Positions 9,611 to 19,377 of a DNA stretch of 64,000 bases are shown here, one piece after another. Every line of letters starts with the position of its first letter. Position 1 is the first letter of the stretch. This DNA is from an uncultured candidate division Zixibacteria bacterium (GTDB lineage Bacteria > Zixibacteria > MSB-5A5 > RBG-16-43-9): assembly GCA_963713865.1 (NCBI GenBank), contig OY970208.1:2592001-2656000 (forward strand). Direction: 5' to 3'. The notes under the pieces were generated by a model, which made no database searches, was not told where the DNA came from, and worked only from the letters and a program-made list of their open reading frames with translations. The position numbers and the translations under genes are program-made.

Positions 9611-10855
9611 CTAACCCCTGATCATAGAAACCAGCAAGGCTATGCTCAACCCGACTAAAATAATCACCGTCCCCCAGGAGATGAAATTATAAACTCCCTT
9701 ATTAACATACTCCCCCATCAGCTTTTTATTATTAATCAGGACCAGCATGAAAATAAGGATCGCCGGAAGCACAATCCCGTTTATCACCTGAGAGATATAC
9801 ATCACGGGAATAAGCGGAATTCCCGGCAGAAGAACGACAGCCGCACCCAGGAAGATCAAAAGAGAGTATAGTCCATAAAACTGGGGAGCTTCAGAGAATT
9901 TCTTGTTTACTCCATCCTCCCATCCCATTCCTTCACATACTACAAAAGCAGTTGATAAAGGCAGGATCGAAGCGGCAAACAAAGATGCATTCAAAAGACC
10001 AAAGGCAAAAAGGTAAGAGCAGTATTTCCCCGCCAAAGGTTTTAAGGCTAAAGCCGCATCTTTGGCTGTTTCCACCCTGACCCCGGCTTTGAAAAGCGTA
10101 GCCCCGCAGGTCAGGATAATAAACCCGGCAACTATAGTAACGATTAAACTGCCGAGGATGACATCTAAACTGGAATATTTATAATCTTTAACTTTGATAT
10201 CTTTCTCCACCACTGCGGCTTGAAGATAAAACTGCATCCAGGGAGCAATAGTTGTCCCCACCAATCCGATGAGCATCCCTAAACTCCCTGCAGAAAACTC
10301 AAACTCAGGAGCCATCATACTGTTTTTAACTAAACCCCAGTCAGGCTTGGCTAAAAAACCAGAGATGATATAGGTAATATAGAACAAACAGGCAAATAAG
10401 AAAATCTTTTCCACTGACCTGTAAGTCCCCTTCACCACTAAGAGCCAGACTAAAAATGCACCAATTGGAACTGAAACATATTTGGGAATATAAAAGATCT
10501 CTAAACTTGACGCTACCCCAGCAAATTCGGCAATCACATTTCCGAAGTTGGTTAGCACCAGAGCTAAAAGCAGATAAAAGGTAATCCTTACCCCGAATCG
10601 CTCCCGAATAAGATCAGATAGCCCTTTTCCAGTAACTACCCCCATCCGGGCACTCATTTCCTGGATTACTACTAAGGCTACCATAATCGGAATTAAAGAC
10701 CAGAGCAACCCATAGCCGAAATGTGCACCTGCCATTGAATAGGTAGCAATTCCGCCTGCATCGTTATCCACGTTGGAGGTGATAATTCCGGGACCTACCA
10801 CTGCTAAGAAGATCAGAAGGGTTTTCCAGCGAGATTTAAAAAATCTTCTTCTCAT
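9611..10855 (-). CDS. NRAMP-family divalent metal transporter (Mg2+-type NRMT-like)
   Basis: GPGIITSNVDNDAGG, QEMSARMGVVTGKGL, GTTIAPWMQFY; about 11 TMs. Confidence 0.9.
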   Translation of the reverse strand: MRRRFFKSRWKTLLIFLAVVGPGIITSNVDNDAGGIATYSMAGAHFGYGLLWSLIPIMVALVVIQEMSARMGVVTGKGLSDLIRERFGVRITFYLLLALVLTNFGNVIAEFAGVASSLEIFYIPKYVSVPIGAFLVWLLVVKGTYRSVEKIFLFACLFYITYIISGFLAKPDWGLVKNSMMAPEFEFSAGSLGMLIGLVGTTIAPWMQFYLQAAVVEKDIKVKDYKYSSLDVILGSLIVTIVAGFIILTCGATLFKAGVRVETAKDAALALKPLAGKYCSYLFAFGLLNASLFAASILPLSTAFVVCEGMGWEDGVNKKFSEAPQFYGLYSLLIFLGAAVVLLPGIPLIPVMYISQVINGIVLPAILIFMLVLINNKKLMGEYVNKGVYNFISWGTVIILVGLSIALLVSMIRG

Positions 10856-10870
10856 ATTAAAAAATTTAAT

Positions 10871-10938
10871 CTGGAATGTAAAGCTTTACTTTTGAATAAG
10901 AATTAACGATAAGGTAAACCTGAAGGTTTACACTCCAG
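10871..10938. repeat. CTGGA...TCCAG double-hairpin repeat
   Basis: CTGGAATGTAAAG...GGTAAACCTGAAGGTTTACACTCCAG; near copy at 12475-12544. Confidence 0.7.
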
Positions 10939-10945
10939 AAGAACT

Positions 10946-12211
10946 TTAAAACTCTTTATATTTCGATTCCACCGCATCACGGAGAGTAATAACACCGCTC
11001 AGGTGATCATCTTTATCCACAACTGGAATTGCCATAAATTTATACTTTTTAAAAATCTCCGCTACTTTTTCCACATCCTCTTCCGGTTTGACTTTAACCA
11101 GATGAGTATTCATCAACTTTGATAAAGGTGCCTCATTCACACATAAAAGCAGGTGTCTTAAAGTCAAAACCCCAACTAAATGCCTCTCTTTATCAGTTAT
11201 ATATAAATAAGCAATGGTTTCTAAAGGATGAGTGGTTTTCCTGAACTCATCAATAGCATCTCCAATACTTTTATCCATCTGAATGGAGATAAAATCTTTG
11301 GTCATAATACTGCCTGCCGTTCCTTCTTTAAACTTCAATAACTCCTCTAAATTCTCCCGGTGAGGTTTCTCCATCGTCTGGATCAGCTTCATTTTCTTAT
11401 CTTCTGGCATGTCAGCCAGAAGGTCTGCTGCTTCATCCGGTGCCATTTCTTCTAAGATGTCCGAGGCATGCTCCTCCGTAGCGGATTCAATCAATGAAAC
11501 CTGAAGCTTGGGGTCAACCTCCTCTAAGGTCTCTGCGGCTGTTTGTAAATCCAGAGATTTGAAAACTGTAGCTCTTTTTTCCTGGTCTAACTCCTCGATT
11601 ATATCTGCCAGGTCTGAAGGATGAAGTTCGTGCAATTTTCGCAAGGTGACATTAAGCTTAAGATCTTTCTTTTTGGGGTCACTGGCTAAAGGCTGAACAT
11701 ATTTCCAGGAGATCATCTTCTCCGGAAACCGGTAAGCAAAAAACCAGTTAGTGAGAAAATCTACGATTTTAATCCAGCCCAGGCGTCTGAAGATCCCCCT
11801 CATACCGAAATCAACATGAACAATCCGTAACTCCCCATCCGTTATCAGAAGATGGATATCATTCACCCTCTCGATCTTAGCACCATAAGTATCCACCACC
11901 TGTTTATCTAAAAGCTCCTCTTTAAGGAGTATATCTCCCTCGCTTAGCTCTAAAGGTTTGAATTTCTTCTCTGCATCCGGTTTCAAACTAACAAGGTTCC
12001 CATTTAAACTCTGAATCTCAGACCAGTCTAAGGCTAAAGAGCTTTTATCTCCTCTCGGTTTAATCCTTAAGGTAACCACATTAGGAAAAAGCTCTCCCAA
12101 TTTAACTTTCAGATCTACCAGTTTACCCAAAGATTTCCCCTTAGAGTCAATTACCGAGCGACCTAAAAGCTCAGAGAAAAACAAAAACATTTTCAAGCCG
12201 GATTCCTGCAT
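10946..12211 (-). CDS. MgtE N-terminal domain/CBS-pair protein with PRC-barrel N-terminus (soluble, no TM domain)
   Basis: LHPSDLADIIEEL, EMAPDEAADLL, TAGSIMT, two CBS domains; upstream of the NRAMP gene. Confidence 0.88.
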   Translation of the reverse strand: MQESGLKMFLFFSELLGRSVIDSKGKSLGKLVDLKVKLGELFPNVVTLRIKPRGDKSSLALDWSEIQSLNGNLVSLKPDAEKKFKPLELSEGDILLKEELLDKQVVDTYGAKIERVNDIHLLITDGELRIVHVDFGMRGIFRRLGWIKIVDFLTNWFFAYRFPEKMISWKYVQPLASDPKKKDLKLNVTLRKLHELHPSDLADIIEELDQEKRATVFKSLDLQTAAETLEEVDPKLQVSLIESATEEHASDILEEMAPDEAADLLADMPEDKKMKLIQTMEKPHRENLEELLKFKEGTAGSIMTKDFISIQMDKSIGDAIDEFRKTTHPLETIAYLYITDKERHLVGVLTLRHLLLCVNEAPLSKLMNTHLVKVKPEEDVEKVAEIFKKYKFMAIPVVDKDDHLSGVITLRDAVESKYKEF

Positions 12212-12227
12212 ATTTATTTTATCAAAA

Positions 12228-12383
12228 TTAATAGACCAGTTTTTTTATCCCCCAGATAACTAAAATCAAGGGCCAGAATCTCCAGATGTCACCGCTAATA
12301 TATCCTAAATTATATAAAAAGAATAACAAGCCGATTAAAATCAAAACAAACCCGGTAAAAACTGGCTTTTTATTTTCACTCAT
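12228..12383 (-). CDS. 51-aa membrane protein, DUF5668/LiaF-TM-like
   Basis: Not in the ORF track. MSENKKPVFTGFVLILIGLLFFLYNLGYISGDIWRFWPLILVIWGIKKLVY; GGAGGT RBS; G..LI..G..F...N...W..WP..L...G pattern. Confidence 0.8.
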   Translation of the reverse strand: MSENKKPVFTGFVLILIGLLFFLYNLGYISGDIWRFWPLILVIWGIKKLVY

Positions 12384-12686
12384 CTAAGACCTCCTTTAGA
12401 TATATCGACAAAATTTTTGCCAAGATATTAACTCTTAACTGACTTGTCAAACGAAAATTGAAAATAGTGATGGACTGGAATATAAACCTTTAGGTTTATC
12501 TCTTAAATTGTTTTTGTAGGTAAAACTAAAGTTTTACACTCCAGGATGATTAAGTTTAGAAGTTCAAACCTCTTTAACCAAGTCGTTTATCTTTAGCGGA
12601 GTGCAAGAGCTTGCCTTTGCTTTTCTAAAGTTGTGGAATCAGCCTCAAGGTCAACATTGACAATCTGATGCACTCCCTCTTGTTCT

Positions 12687-13202
12687 CTAAACTTCTTTTA
12701 CCAGGTCGTTTATCTTTCTCCGGGGAGTGATTTCCGGCTCTTCGTTGGGATAACCTACAGGTAAAATTATAATAGGATTGAGCGTATCAGGCAGATTCAG
12801 GATTTTACTGACTGCATCTTCATCAAAGGCACCTACGATAACGCTTCCCAATTCTAAATCCACCGCAGCTAAATGAACACAGGTGGCTGAGATCGTAGCA
12901 TCCTGAATAGAATAAAGCTCTGCGCCTCTTTTCCCATATTTACGGGAAGAGCGCAAAGGGTCAGCACAGAAAATCAGTGACACCGGTGCTTGGGTTATGA
13001 AATCCTGCCCGTAAGCTGCATTAGACAGAGCTATCTTATGCGTAGGTTTTTTGACTAAAAATATTTGATAAGCCTGTAAATTACCGGCTGAAGGAGCAGA
13101 GTTAGCCACACAAAGCAATTTCTCCAATTTCTCTTTTTCGATCTCCTTGTCTTTAAAAGCCCTGACCGAATGCCTGTTTTTCACCACTTCGAAAAATTCC
13201 AT
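12687..13202 (-). CDS. Nitroreductase family protein
   Basis: RHSVRAF, SAPSAGNLQ, LGSVIVGAFD, VGYP...PRR. Confidence 0.93.
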   Translation of the reverse strand: MEFFEVVKNRHSVRAFKDKEIEKEKLEKLLCVANSAPSAGNLQAYQIFLVKKPTHKIALSNAAYGQDFITQAPVSLIFCADPLRSSRKYGKRGAELYSIQDATISATCVHLAAVDLELGSVIVGAFDEDAVSKILNLPDTLNPIIILPVGYPNEEPEITPRRKINDLVKEV

Positions 13203-13400
13203 TTTACACCTCCTGTCTATGGTCTACTATCTTTTTGTCAACTAATTTACAAAAAAGAAGTCGATCTGCAAAATATTTTTCTAATGAATTGTAATTTTTT
13301 CTCTATCTGTCGATAAAATATTAACCAGGGGGAAAATCCTTGACAATCGTATTAGCAAAATATAAATTCCACTTGAATTTAAACCATCAAGGAGGAGAAA

Positions 13401-14857
13401 ATGTTTCTCTTGAAAAGTCTGAAGTTCTTAGTTGTAATTTTCTTTTTTTCATTTTTATTAATCAATGCTAATTTGTTATTAGCCCAGACTGAAAACTTGA
13501 CTGAGGAATCCCTTTTTCAAGGAGTAAGAGAAGAATTATTTAAAGCCAAAAACCAGCAGGTGGATATTCTCTCCCCTAAGAATTATAAAAATGCTTCAGA
13601 TGAATATGGCTTGGCTTATGAGAAGTTCAAAAAAGGTGGAGAGCTTAAAGAGATTCAGAAAAGGTTAGAGAAAGTTAAAGGTTACTTAGCCGAAGCTTAT
13701 AAAACTGCAGAGGTAGCTCGTGTCCCTTTTGCCTCTTTGCTCCAGGCACGAGAAAAAGCTTTGAAAGCCAATGCTCCGGAATTCGCACCTGACCTGTATG
13801 AATTAGCCAAAAAAGCTTTAGAGGAAGCTTCTTTGCGAATAGAAGCAGGAGACTTAAATGGTCCCGAGAAAAGGCTAAATCAGCAGAAGTGAAGTTCAAC
13901 CAGGCAGAGCTGAAAGCAATCAAAGGAAGTATCCTGGGCGAAGCTAAAAAATCGATAGAGGAAGCCAGGCTCAAAGCCAAGGCGGATAAATATGCCCCCT
14001 TAACCCTGAAAAATTCCGAGGATCTCTTAGCTTCTACTGAACGGCTTTTGAATACGGAAAGGTATGCGGCAGAGGATGCTACCGTAAAAGCAGAACAGTC
14101 TGCCTATCAGGCTCGGCATGCCATTTACCTTTCCTCAAAACTCCAGAACCTGAAAATAGACTATACCTCTCTTGAAAAATTAGTCCTGGAGCAGGAAAAC
14201 CTTATTACACAAATAGCCAAGAATCTTGATTATAACCCTGAGTTTGACCAGGGCTCAGAAAAGCCGGTTGAATCCATAATTATGGCGATGGATAATCTCA
14301 AACGGGAAAAAAAAGAACTGCTTTCTGAGCTGAATGAAAAAGAGGAGAAAATTAAAAAGCTCTCTGAGCAATTGGATATTCTGGAGGAGAAGGTTGCCCA
14401 GAAAGAAGCTGGCTATAAAGAATTAGAATTGAAAAGTATGAAGGAAGAACAGTTCCTCTCCTTAGAAAAGTTTTTCACCAAAGAAGAAGCCAGCGTGATA
14501 AAAGAAGGAGAGAATATCGTCATACGACTTTATGGTATAAATTTCCCCAGTGGAAAATCAACTATTCTGCCAGAAAGCTTCGGGCTTCTATCTAAAATTC
14601 AAAAAGCGATCCGCGATTTCCCGGAGAGAAAAATTGTGATCGAAGGACATACCGATTCTATGGGGGATGAAACTTATAACCAGGAGCTGTCATTATCCCG
14701 GGCAAAAGCCGTAACCGCCTATCTTATAGCTAATATGGGATTAACCGAAGACAGGATCTCCTATACCGGATATGGAGAATCAAAACCAGTCGCCTCCAAC
14801 GACACCAATGAAGGAAGGAGCCTCAACCGCAGAATCGATGTGGTGCTGGTAAAGTAA
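13401..14857 (+). CDS. Secreted coiled-coil protein with C-terminal OmpA-like peptidoglycan-binding domain; apparent 1-nt frameshift near 13863-13870
   Basis: ORFs 13401-13892 and 13889-14857 share the same A..YAP-type repeats and join with +1 nt; IEGHTDS..N..LS..RA, GYGESKPVASN, NRRID. Confidence 0.8.
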
Positions 14858-14867
14858 ATCAGGAAAG

Positions 14868-15153
14868 GTAGGGTAAGACCGTCAAGGTCTTGAGACTTTA
14901 GCCTTGCGTTTTCAATACAGTTAACTCTTCCTGGGCAGGAGTACAACTCCTGCCCAAGCTCTTTCCGACAGTATCGGTGTATCTTGAGAAAAGCTCCTAA
15001 CACAACGATTAAGAGGTAAAGCTAAAGCTTTTCTGTGCTTGCCAGGTCCCCCCTTGACCTGGCAAGTTAAATCTTAGAAACTTATCCCGTCAGGTTAGGG
15101 AACCTGACGGCCACAAATTTTTAAGGTAGGAGCAATTCATGAATTGCTCCTAC
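14868..15153. repeat. Intergenic cluster of REP-like palindromes
   Basis: GTAGGGTAAGACC..CTTTAGCCTTGC (inverted relative at 38815-38857), GGGCAGGAGTACAACTCCTGCCC, CTTGCCAGGTC..GACCTGGCAAG, CCGTCAGGTT..AACCTGACGG, GTAGGAGCAATTCATGAATTGCTCCTAC (15126-15153). Confidence 0.75.
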
Positions 15154-15190
15154 CTTTACTCAAAAAATATTTTGTTCCCACTAAAAAGGG

Positions 15191-15219
15191 TTGACAATCG
15201 TCAAAATAAATACTATTAT
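15191..15219 (+). promoter_or_regulatory. Sigma70-type promoter of ssb
   Basis: TTGACA-17 nt-TATTAT. Confidence 0.6.
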
Positions 15220-15250
15220 ATAAAAAACAATAATTAAACCTGGAGTGAAA

Positions 15251-15657
15251 ATGCCAAGTTTAAACAAGATATTTTTAATCGGAAATTTAGGGCGGGATCC
15301 AGAAAAAAGGTATACTCCGAACGGCCAGGCGGTAACCTCAGTCACCTTAGCCACTACCTTCCGCTGGAAAGATAAATCTGACCAGTTTCAGGAGAAAACC
15401 GACTGGCATAATTTAGTGATCTGGGGGAAGCAGGCTGAAACTGCTAAGGATATCCTAAAAAAAGGAGATCAGGTCTTTGTGGAAGGAAGATCCAGAATCG
15501 TTCCTATGATGACCGTAATGGAAACAAAAAATATATTACTGAAATCATAGCCAAACGGATTTTTAAATTGGGCCGTAAAGAAGTTGAGCCTTCTGTAGAA
15601 CCGGTGGAGACAGAAGCAGAAGTCAGTGAAGCGCAAGATGAGGATCTGCCCTTCTAA
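15251..15657 (+). CDS. ssb: Single-stranded DNA-binding protein; apparent 1-nt frameshift near 15491
   Basis: LNKIFLIGNLGRDPE, TDWHNLV.WGKQAE; the shifted frame continues QNRSYDDRNGNKKYITEII to the canonical acidic tail DEDLPF*. Confidence 0.92.
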
Positions 15658-15732
15658 GCTCCATAAATTAGCTACGAACCTTTACCCCTCAGGTAAAACA
15701 GACCTCCTGGTTCTGGTTTAAATTCTAAGATT

Positions 15733-17568
15733 ATGTCCTCAAGGCTTTATCTTTTCCTGTGTGCCGGTTTGATTTTTTTCTTTAGCGGTGTTATTTATCT
15801 TTTAACCCTCTCCCCTTCTATTTCTTTTATCGATACCGGGGAGCTTGCCACCGTTTGTTACACTCTGGGAATCGCTCATCCAACGGGCTATCCTCTCTAT
15901 GCTTTAATCGGAAGGATTTTCACTCTTTTATCCTTGGGAACCCCGATTTTCTCTCTTAATCTACTTTCTCTATTTCTTGTCAGTTTTGCTAACCTGATTC
16001 TATTTTTTCTTTTTCTTAAAATTCTGGAGCTTCTTTTCCCCGATGCAAAAAACAATCTGCTTCAATATCTTTCTTTTATCAGTGTTCTTATTTTCTCCTT
16101 CACCCCCACCCTCTGGTCTCAGGCAACCTCCAATGAAGTCTATGGCTTAACTCTCCTTCTAACCTCAATCCTTCTCTACCTGCTTCTCTCCCAAGTAAAT
16201 CTAAGAGCTCAGGATAAATCTATAAAATCTGAAAAGTTTTCTTATCTTTTCTTTTTTCTTTATGGTCTGAGCTTTGGCAATCACCTTTTCACCCTTCTAC
16301 TTTTTCCTGGATTTATCTTCCTTTTTTTCTCGACTTACGGAAAATCGATCTTTCAGCTAAAACGACTTTTTCTCTTCCTGTCTTTTTTCCTCCTGGGCCT
16401 TTCGATCTATCTTTATCTCCCTATTCGCTCCTCCTGTAACCCAATCCTGAACTGGGGAGAACCCTCAACCCTTTCAAATTTCAAACGGCATATCACTGGC
16501 TGGCAGTATCAGGTATGGATGTTCTCCGAGTCAGCCCAGGTGCTCTGGGACAATTTCAGAAGTTATTTACATTTATTCTACTCTCAGTTCCCTATTTATT
16601 TACTCCCCTGGATATTCTTAGGATTCGTATTCCTTTTGAAAAAAAATCTCCAACTCTTTGTATTTCTTCTTTTAATTTTACTCTTCAATATTCTCTATGG
16701 CATAAATTATGATATTGCAGATATAGACCCGTATTTTCTCCCCTCTTTTTTGGTTGCTTCAATCTGGATGGTATGCGGAATAGCATTTCTCTTCGAGTCA
16801 CTTTACCGAAAAAATAAAATCTTTCCCTCGCTCTGGCTGGCTTTAGCTGTTCTGCTTTTTATTCTCCCTTTACTCAACCTTTTCCGCAATTACTCAAAAC
16901 AGGATCAGAGCAAAAGCTATTTTGCTTACGATTATGCTGAAAATATTTTAAGGTCAGTCAAAAAGGACCCAATCATACTGACCAAAAACTGGGACCATTA
17001 TTCCCCCTGGCTCTATTTAAGATTTGTGGAGAATAAAAGGCCGGATGTAAGATTTTTAGATACTGAGCTATCAAGAAGGAGCTGGTATCTAAATTATCTA
17101 AAAAATAATTACTCAGAACTATACAACAAATCCGAACAAGAGATAAACCGTTTTCGAGAACAGGTCTATTTATTTGAGAACAGAAAACCTTACGATCCGA
17201 ACGTTATTGAAAAAAGTTACGTGGATATGATCTCGAGTTTTCTTTCGAAAAACTATCCAGAAAAACCTCTTTATTGTGACCTTATGGTGGATAATAAATT
17301 CTTCAGCTCTTTCATCCAGTTTCCGGAAGGGATCCTTTTCCGGCTTCAAAAAGATTTAGGATATTATCCCTATCTTTTCCCGGACATTGAACTGCGTGGC
17401 ATAGTAGATGAAAAGATTTTCAAGGATGAAAGAACCCTGTTCAACCTTCAGGGTTATCCACAGGTCATCAAAGACCGCATCGCCTATCTTCTATATTTCA
17501 AGCAGGATTCTTTAGCCCAGGATTTAGGGGAAAGATACAGAAGTCTTTTAAGCCAGTCATATAGATAA
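15733..17568 (+). CDS. DUF2723 / TMEM260-like GT-C fold membrane glycosyltransferase
   Basis: DTGEL...LGIAHPTGYPLY, WSQAT..EVY, GNH, YLPIRS..P..NWG; many TMs. Confidence 0.85.
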   Translation: MSSRLYLFLCAGLIFFFSGVIYLLTLSPSISFIDTGELATVCYTLGIAHPTGYPLYALIGRIFTLLSLGTPIFSLNLLSLFLVSFANLILFFLFLKILELLFPDAKNNLLQYLSFISVLIFSFTPTLWSQATSNEVYGLTLLLTSILLYLLLSQVNLRAQDKSIKSEKFSYLFFFLYGLSFGNHLFTLLLFPGFIFLFFSTYGKSIFQLKRLFLFLSFFLLGLSIYLYLPIRSSCNPILNWGEPSTLSNFKRHITGWQYQVWMFSESAQVLWDNFRSYLHLFYSQFPIYLLPWIFLGFVFLLKKNLQLFVFLLLILLFNILYGINYDIADIDPYFLPSFLVASIWMVCGIAFLFESLYRKNKIFPSLWLALAVLLFILPLLNLFRNYSKQDQSKSYFAYDYAENILRSVKKDPIILTKNWDHYSPWLYLRFVENKRPDVRFLDTELSRRSWYLNYLKNNYSELYNKSEQEINRFREQVYLFENRKPYDPNVIEKSYVDMISSFLSKNYPEKPLYCDLMVDNKFFSSFIQFPEGILFRLQKDLGYYPYLFPDIELRGIVDEKIFKDERTLFNLQGYPQVIKDRIAYLLYFKQDSLAQDLGERYRSLLSQSYR

Positions 17569-17576
17569 AAAATAGT

Positions 17577-17823
17577 GTAGGGGGCAGGTTTGAAACCTGC
17601 TCCCTACAAACTATCCATTAAAACAGTAATTCTCTGTATATGTTTGACATTACGACAAATCCAATCGTAGGGGTTCAAATTTTTGAACCCCTACTGCAAC
17701 GATCACCGTTACGTCTAACATTTCTGCTGGATGATAAAAACTAAACGTCCGACACAAAGGTCGGACGTTACAAAACATTATTTTAGGGAAGGGGCATAGA
17801 GACGCATGGCGATGCGTCTCTAC
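17577..17823. repeat. Cluster of REP-like palindromes between convergent genes
   Basis: GTAGGGGGCAGGTTTGAAACCTGCTCCCTAC (17577-17607; relative at 48222-48250), GTAGGGGTTCAAATTTTTGAACCCCTAC (17667-17694), ACGTCCGACACAAAGGTCGGACGTTAC, TAGAGACGCA..TGCGTCTCTAC. Confidence 0.8.
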
Positions 17824-17827
17824 ATAT

Positions 17828-18658
17828 CTATCTTTTTTTCTTCTCTAAACCCAATTTCTCCTTTGCCAGTTTAGCCTCAGCCGAGTCTGGATATTTAGTT
17901 ATCACCTCTTTGAAATAGCGGTTGGCTCTGAGCTGATTTTTCAGCTCTTCATAACAGAGCCCTATCTTATAAAGTGCACTGGGAATTTTATCCGAAGCGG
18001 GGAAATTCTGCAACAGCTTCTGAAATTCATCCAGGCTCCGGTTATAATCCTCCCTGGCAAAATAACACTCTCCCAGCCAGTATTGAGCCTTATCTGCCGA
18101 TTTGCTCTTGGGAAAGTAGCTTAGAAACTCCGAGAACCCCTGAATGGCTAAGTCGTAATTCTTTTTGGCAAAATCAAGATAAGCCTGATCATACAATTTC
18201 TGAGGGTCTACGCTAACCTTTGCTTTCAGAGAGTCCGGGATTCCGGTAGTATCTGCTGGAGCAAGCTCTTCTTTTTCCATCTTGCGGAACAATTCGGAGA
18301 AACGGTATCCGGAATCTTCTACCCTCCCTTGTAACATCCCAAGCCTTTCATCGATCGAGCTTAAACTTGAGGAAAGATCAGCTTTGAGCCTCTGGTTCTC
18401 CTCTAACTGTATCCTCAACAAGCTATCCAGGGTAGCAACATCTCTTTCCAGTCGGTGATTACTCGCTTCCAGATAATCAAGCTTTTCCTGAAATCCTACA
18501 ATCTCCCTTCTTGAAACACAGCTTGAGATAACAAGAAGTAAAAGAAGAAATAGAAATCCCCTTCTCCGACTCCATATTCTGATTTTAAAATATCTCATCC
18601 TGCGGATCTGTTTACAGATAAGTAAACACCTCCTAACAGTTTTTTTAAATCTATCCAA
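17828..18658 (-). CDS. cpoB: Tol-Pal system protein CpoB/YbgF (lipoprotein; true start probably ~18598)
   Basis: Lipobox ISSC, coiled coil, TPRs (LYDQAY, AQYWLGECYF, ALYKIG, YPDSAEA); follows pal. Confidence 0.88.
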   Translation of the reverse strand: MDRFKKTVRRCLLICKQIRRMRYFKIRIWSRRRGFLFLLLLLVISSCVSRREIVGFQEKLDYLEASNHRLERDVATLDSLLRIQLEENQRLKADLSSSLSSIDERLGMLQGRVEDSGYRFSELFRKMEKEELAPADTTGIPDSLKAKVSVDPQKLYDQAYLDFAKKNYDLAIQGFSEFLSYFPKSKSADKAQYWLGECYFAREDYNRSLDEFQKLLQNFPASDKIPSALYKIGLCYEELKNQLRANRYFKEVITKYPDSAEAKLAKEKLGLEKKKR

Positions 18659-18664
18659 AACTTA

Positions 18665-19177
18665 TTACTTGGAAACGATTACGAAATCATCCCTTCGATT
18701 TTTAGACCAGGCTTCTTCATTTGAACCGGGATACAAAGGCTTTTCCTTGCCATAGCTGATTGTCGAGATCCGGGATGGGTCAACCCCTAAGTCCACCAGA
18801 TAATCCATGGCTGATCTGGCTCTTTTCTCACCTAAGGCTAAGTTATACTCTACAGTCCCTCTTTCATCGCAGTTCCCTTCTATCCTGATTTTAACCTGAG
18901 GGTTATCCTTTAAGAGCTGGGCGTTCTGATTTAAAGCCTCTTTAGCATCCTGACGGACGAAATATTTATCAAAATCAAAATAAATCGGTCCAAGTTTGAT
19001 CTCCACCGGCTCTGTTACTTTTTTCTCTTCAACTGGCGGGGTCGGTTTTACCTCTGGTTTTGGCTCTTCCTTGGGAGCTGGCTGTTCAACTGCGGGTTTT
19101 ATCTTGGTACCCTGCTTACATCCCCAGCAGAAAGCCAGGATAAAAACCCCTAATAGAATCACTAAAACACTTCTCAC
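18665..19177 (-). CDS. pal: Peptidoglycan-associated lipoprotein
   Basis: Lipobox CWGC, IYFDFDK, IEGNCDERGTVEYNLALGEKRA, ISYGKEKP, KNRR. Confidence 0.96.
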   Translation of the reverse strand: MRSVLVILLGVFILAFCWGCKQGTKIKPAVEQPAPKEEPKPEVKPTPPVEEKKVTEPVEIKLGPIYFDFDKYFVRQDAKEALNQNAQLLKDNPQVKIRIEGNCDERGTVEYNLALGEKRARSAMDYLVDLGVDPSRISTISYGKEKPLYPGSNEEAWSKNRRDDFVIVSK

Positions 19178-19217
19178 CTTACACCTCCTGGTAAAAGGTT
19201 ATAGTTAAATTTTTTGA

Positions 19218-19246
19218 ATTATAATTACATTCTCAAAAGTTGTCAA
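19218..19246 (-). promoter_or_regulatory. Consensus sigma70 promoter for pal-cpoB
   Basis: Perfect TTGACA-17 nt-TATAAT on the - strand. Confidence 0.75.
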
Positions 19247-19377
19247 GTAAAATCGAAAAAGAAAAAGCATTTTTTAAATTCCTAAACCCGGTAGTCGCAG
19301 ACTTTAGTCTGCGTATTGATGTTGAGGGTGCCACCCTGTTATGAATTTGTCATTATCAATCTGTCACTTGTCATTCT

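Noticed and set aside
14761-15003. 80-aa - strand ORF
   Set aside because: Runs through REP elements and antisense to the OmpA domain.
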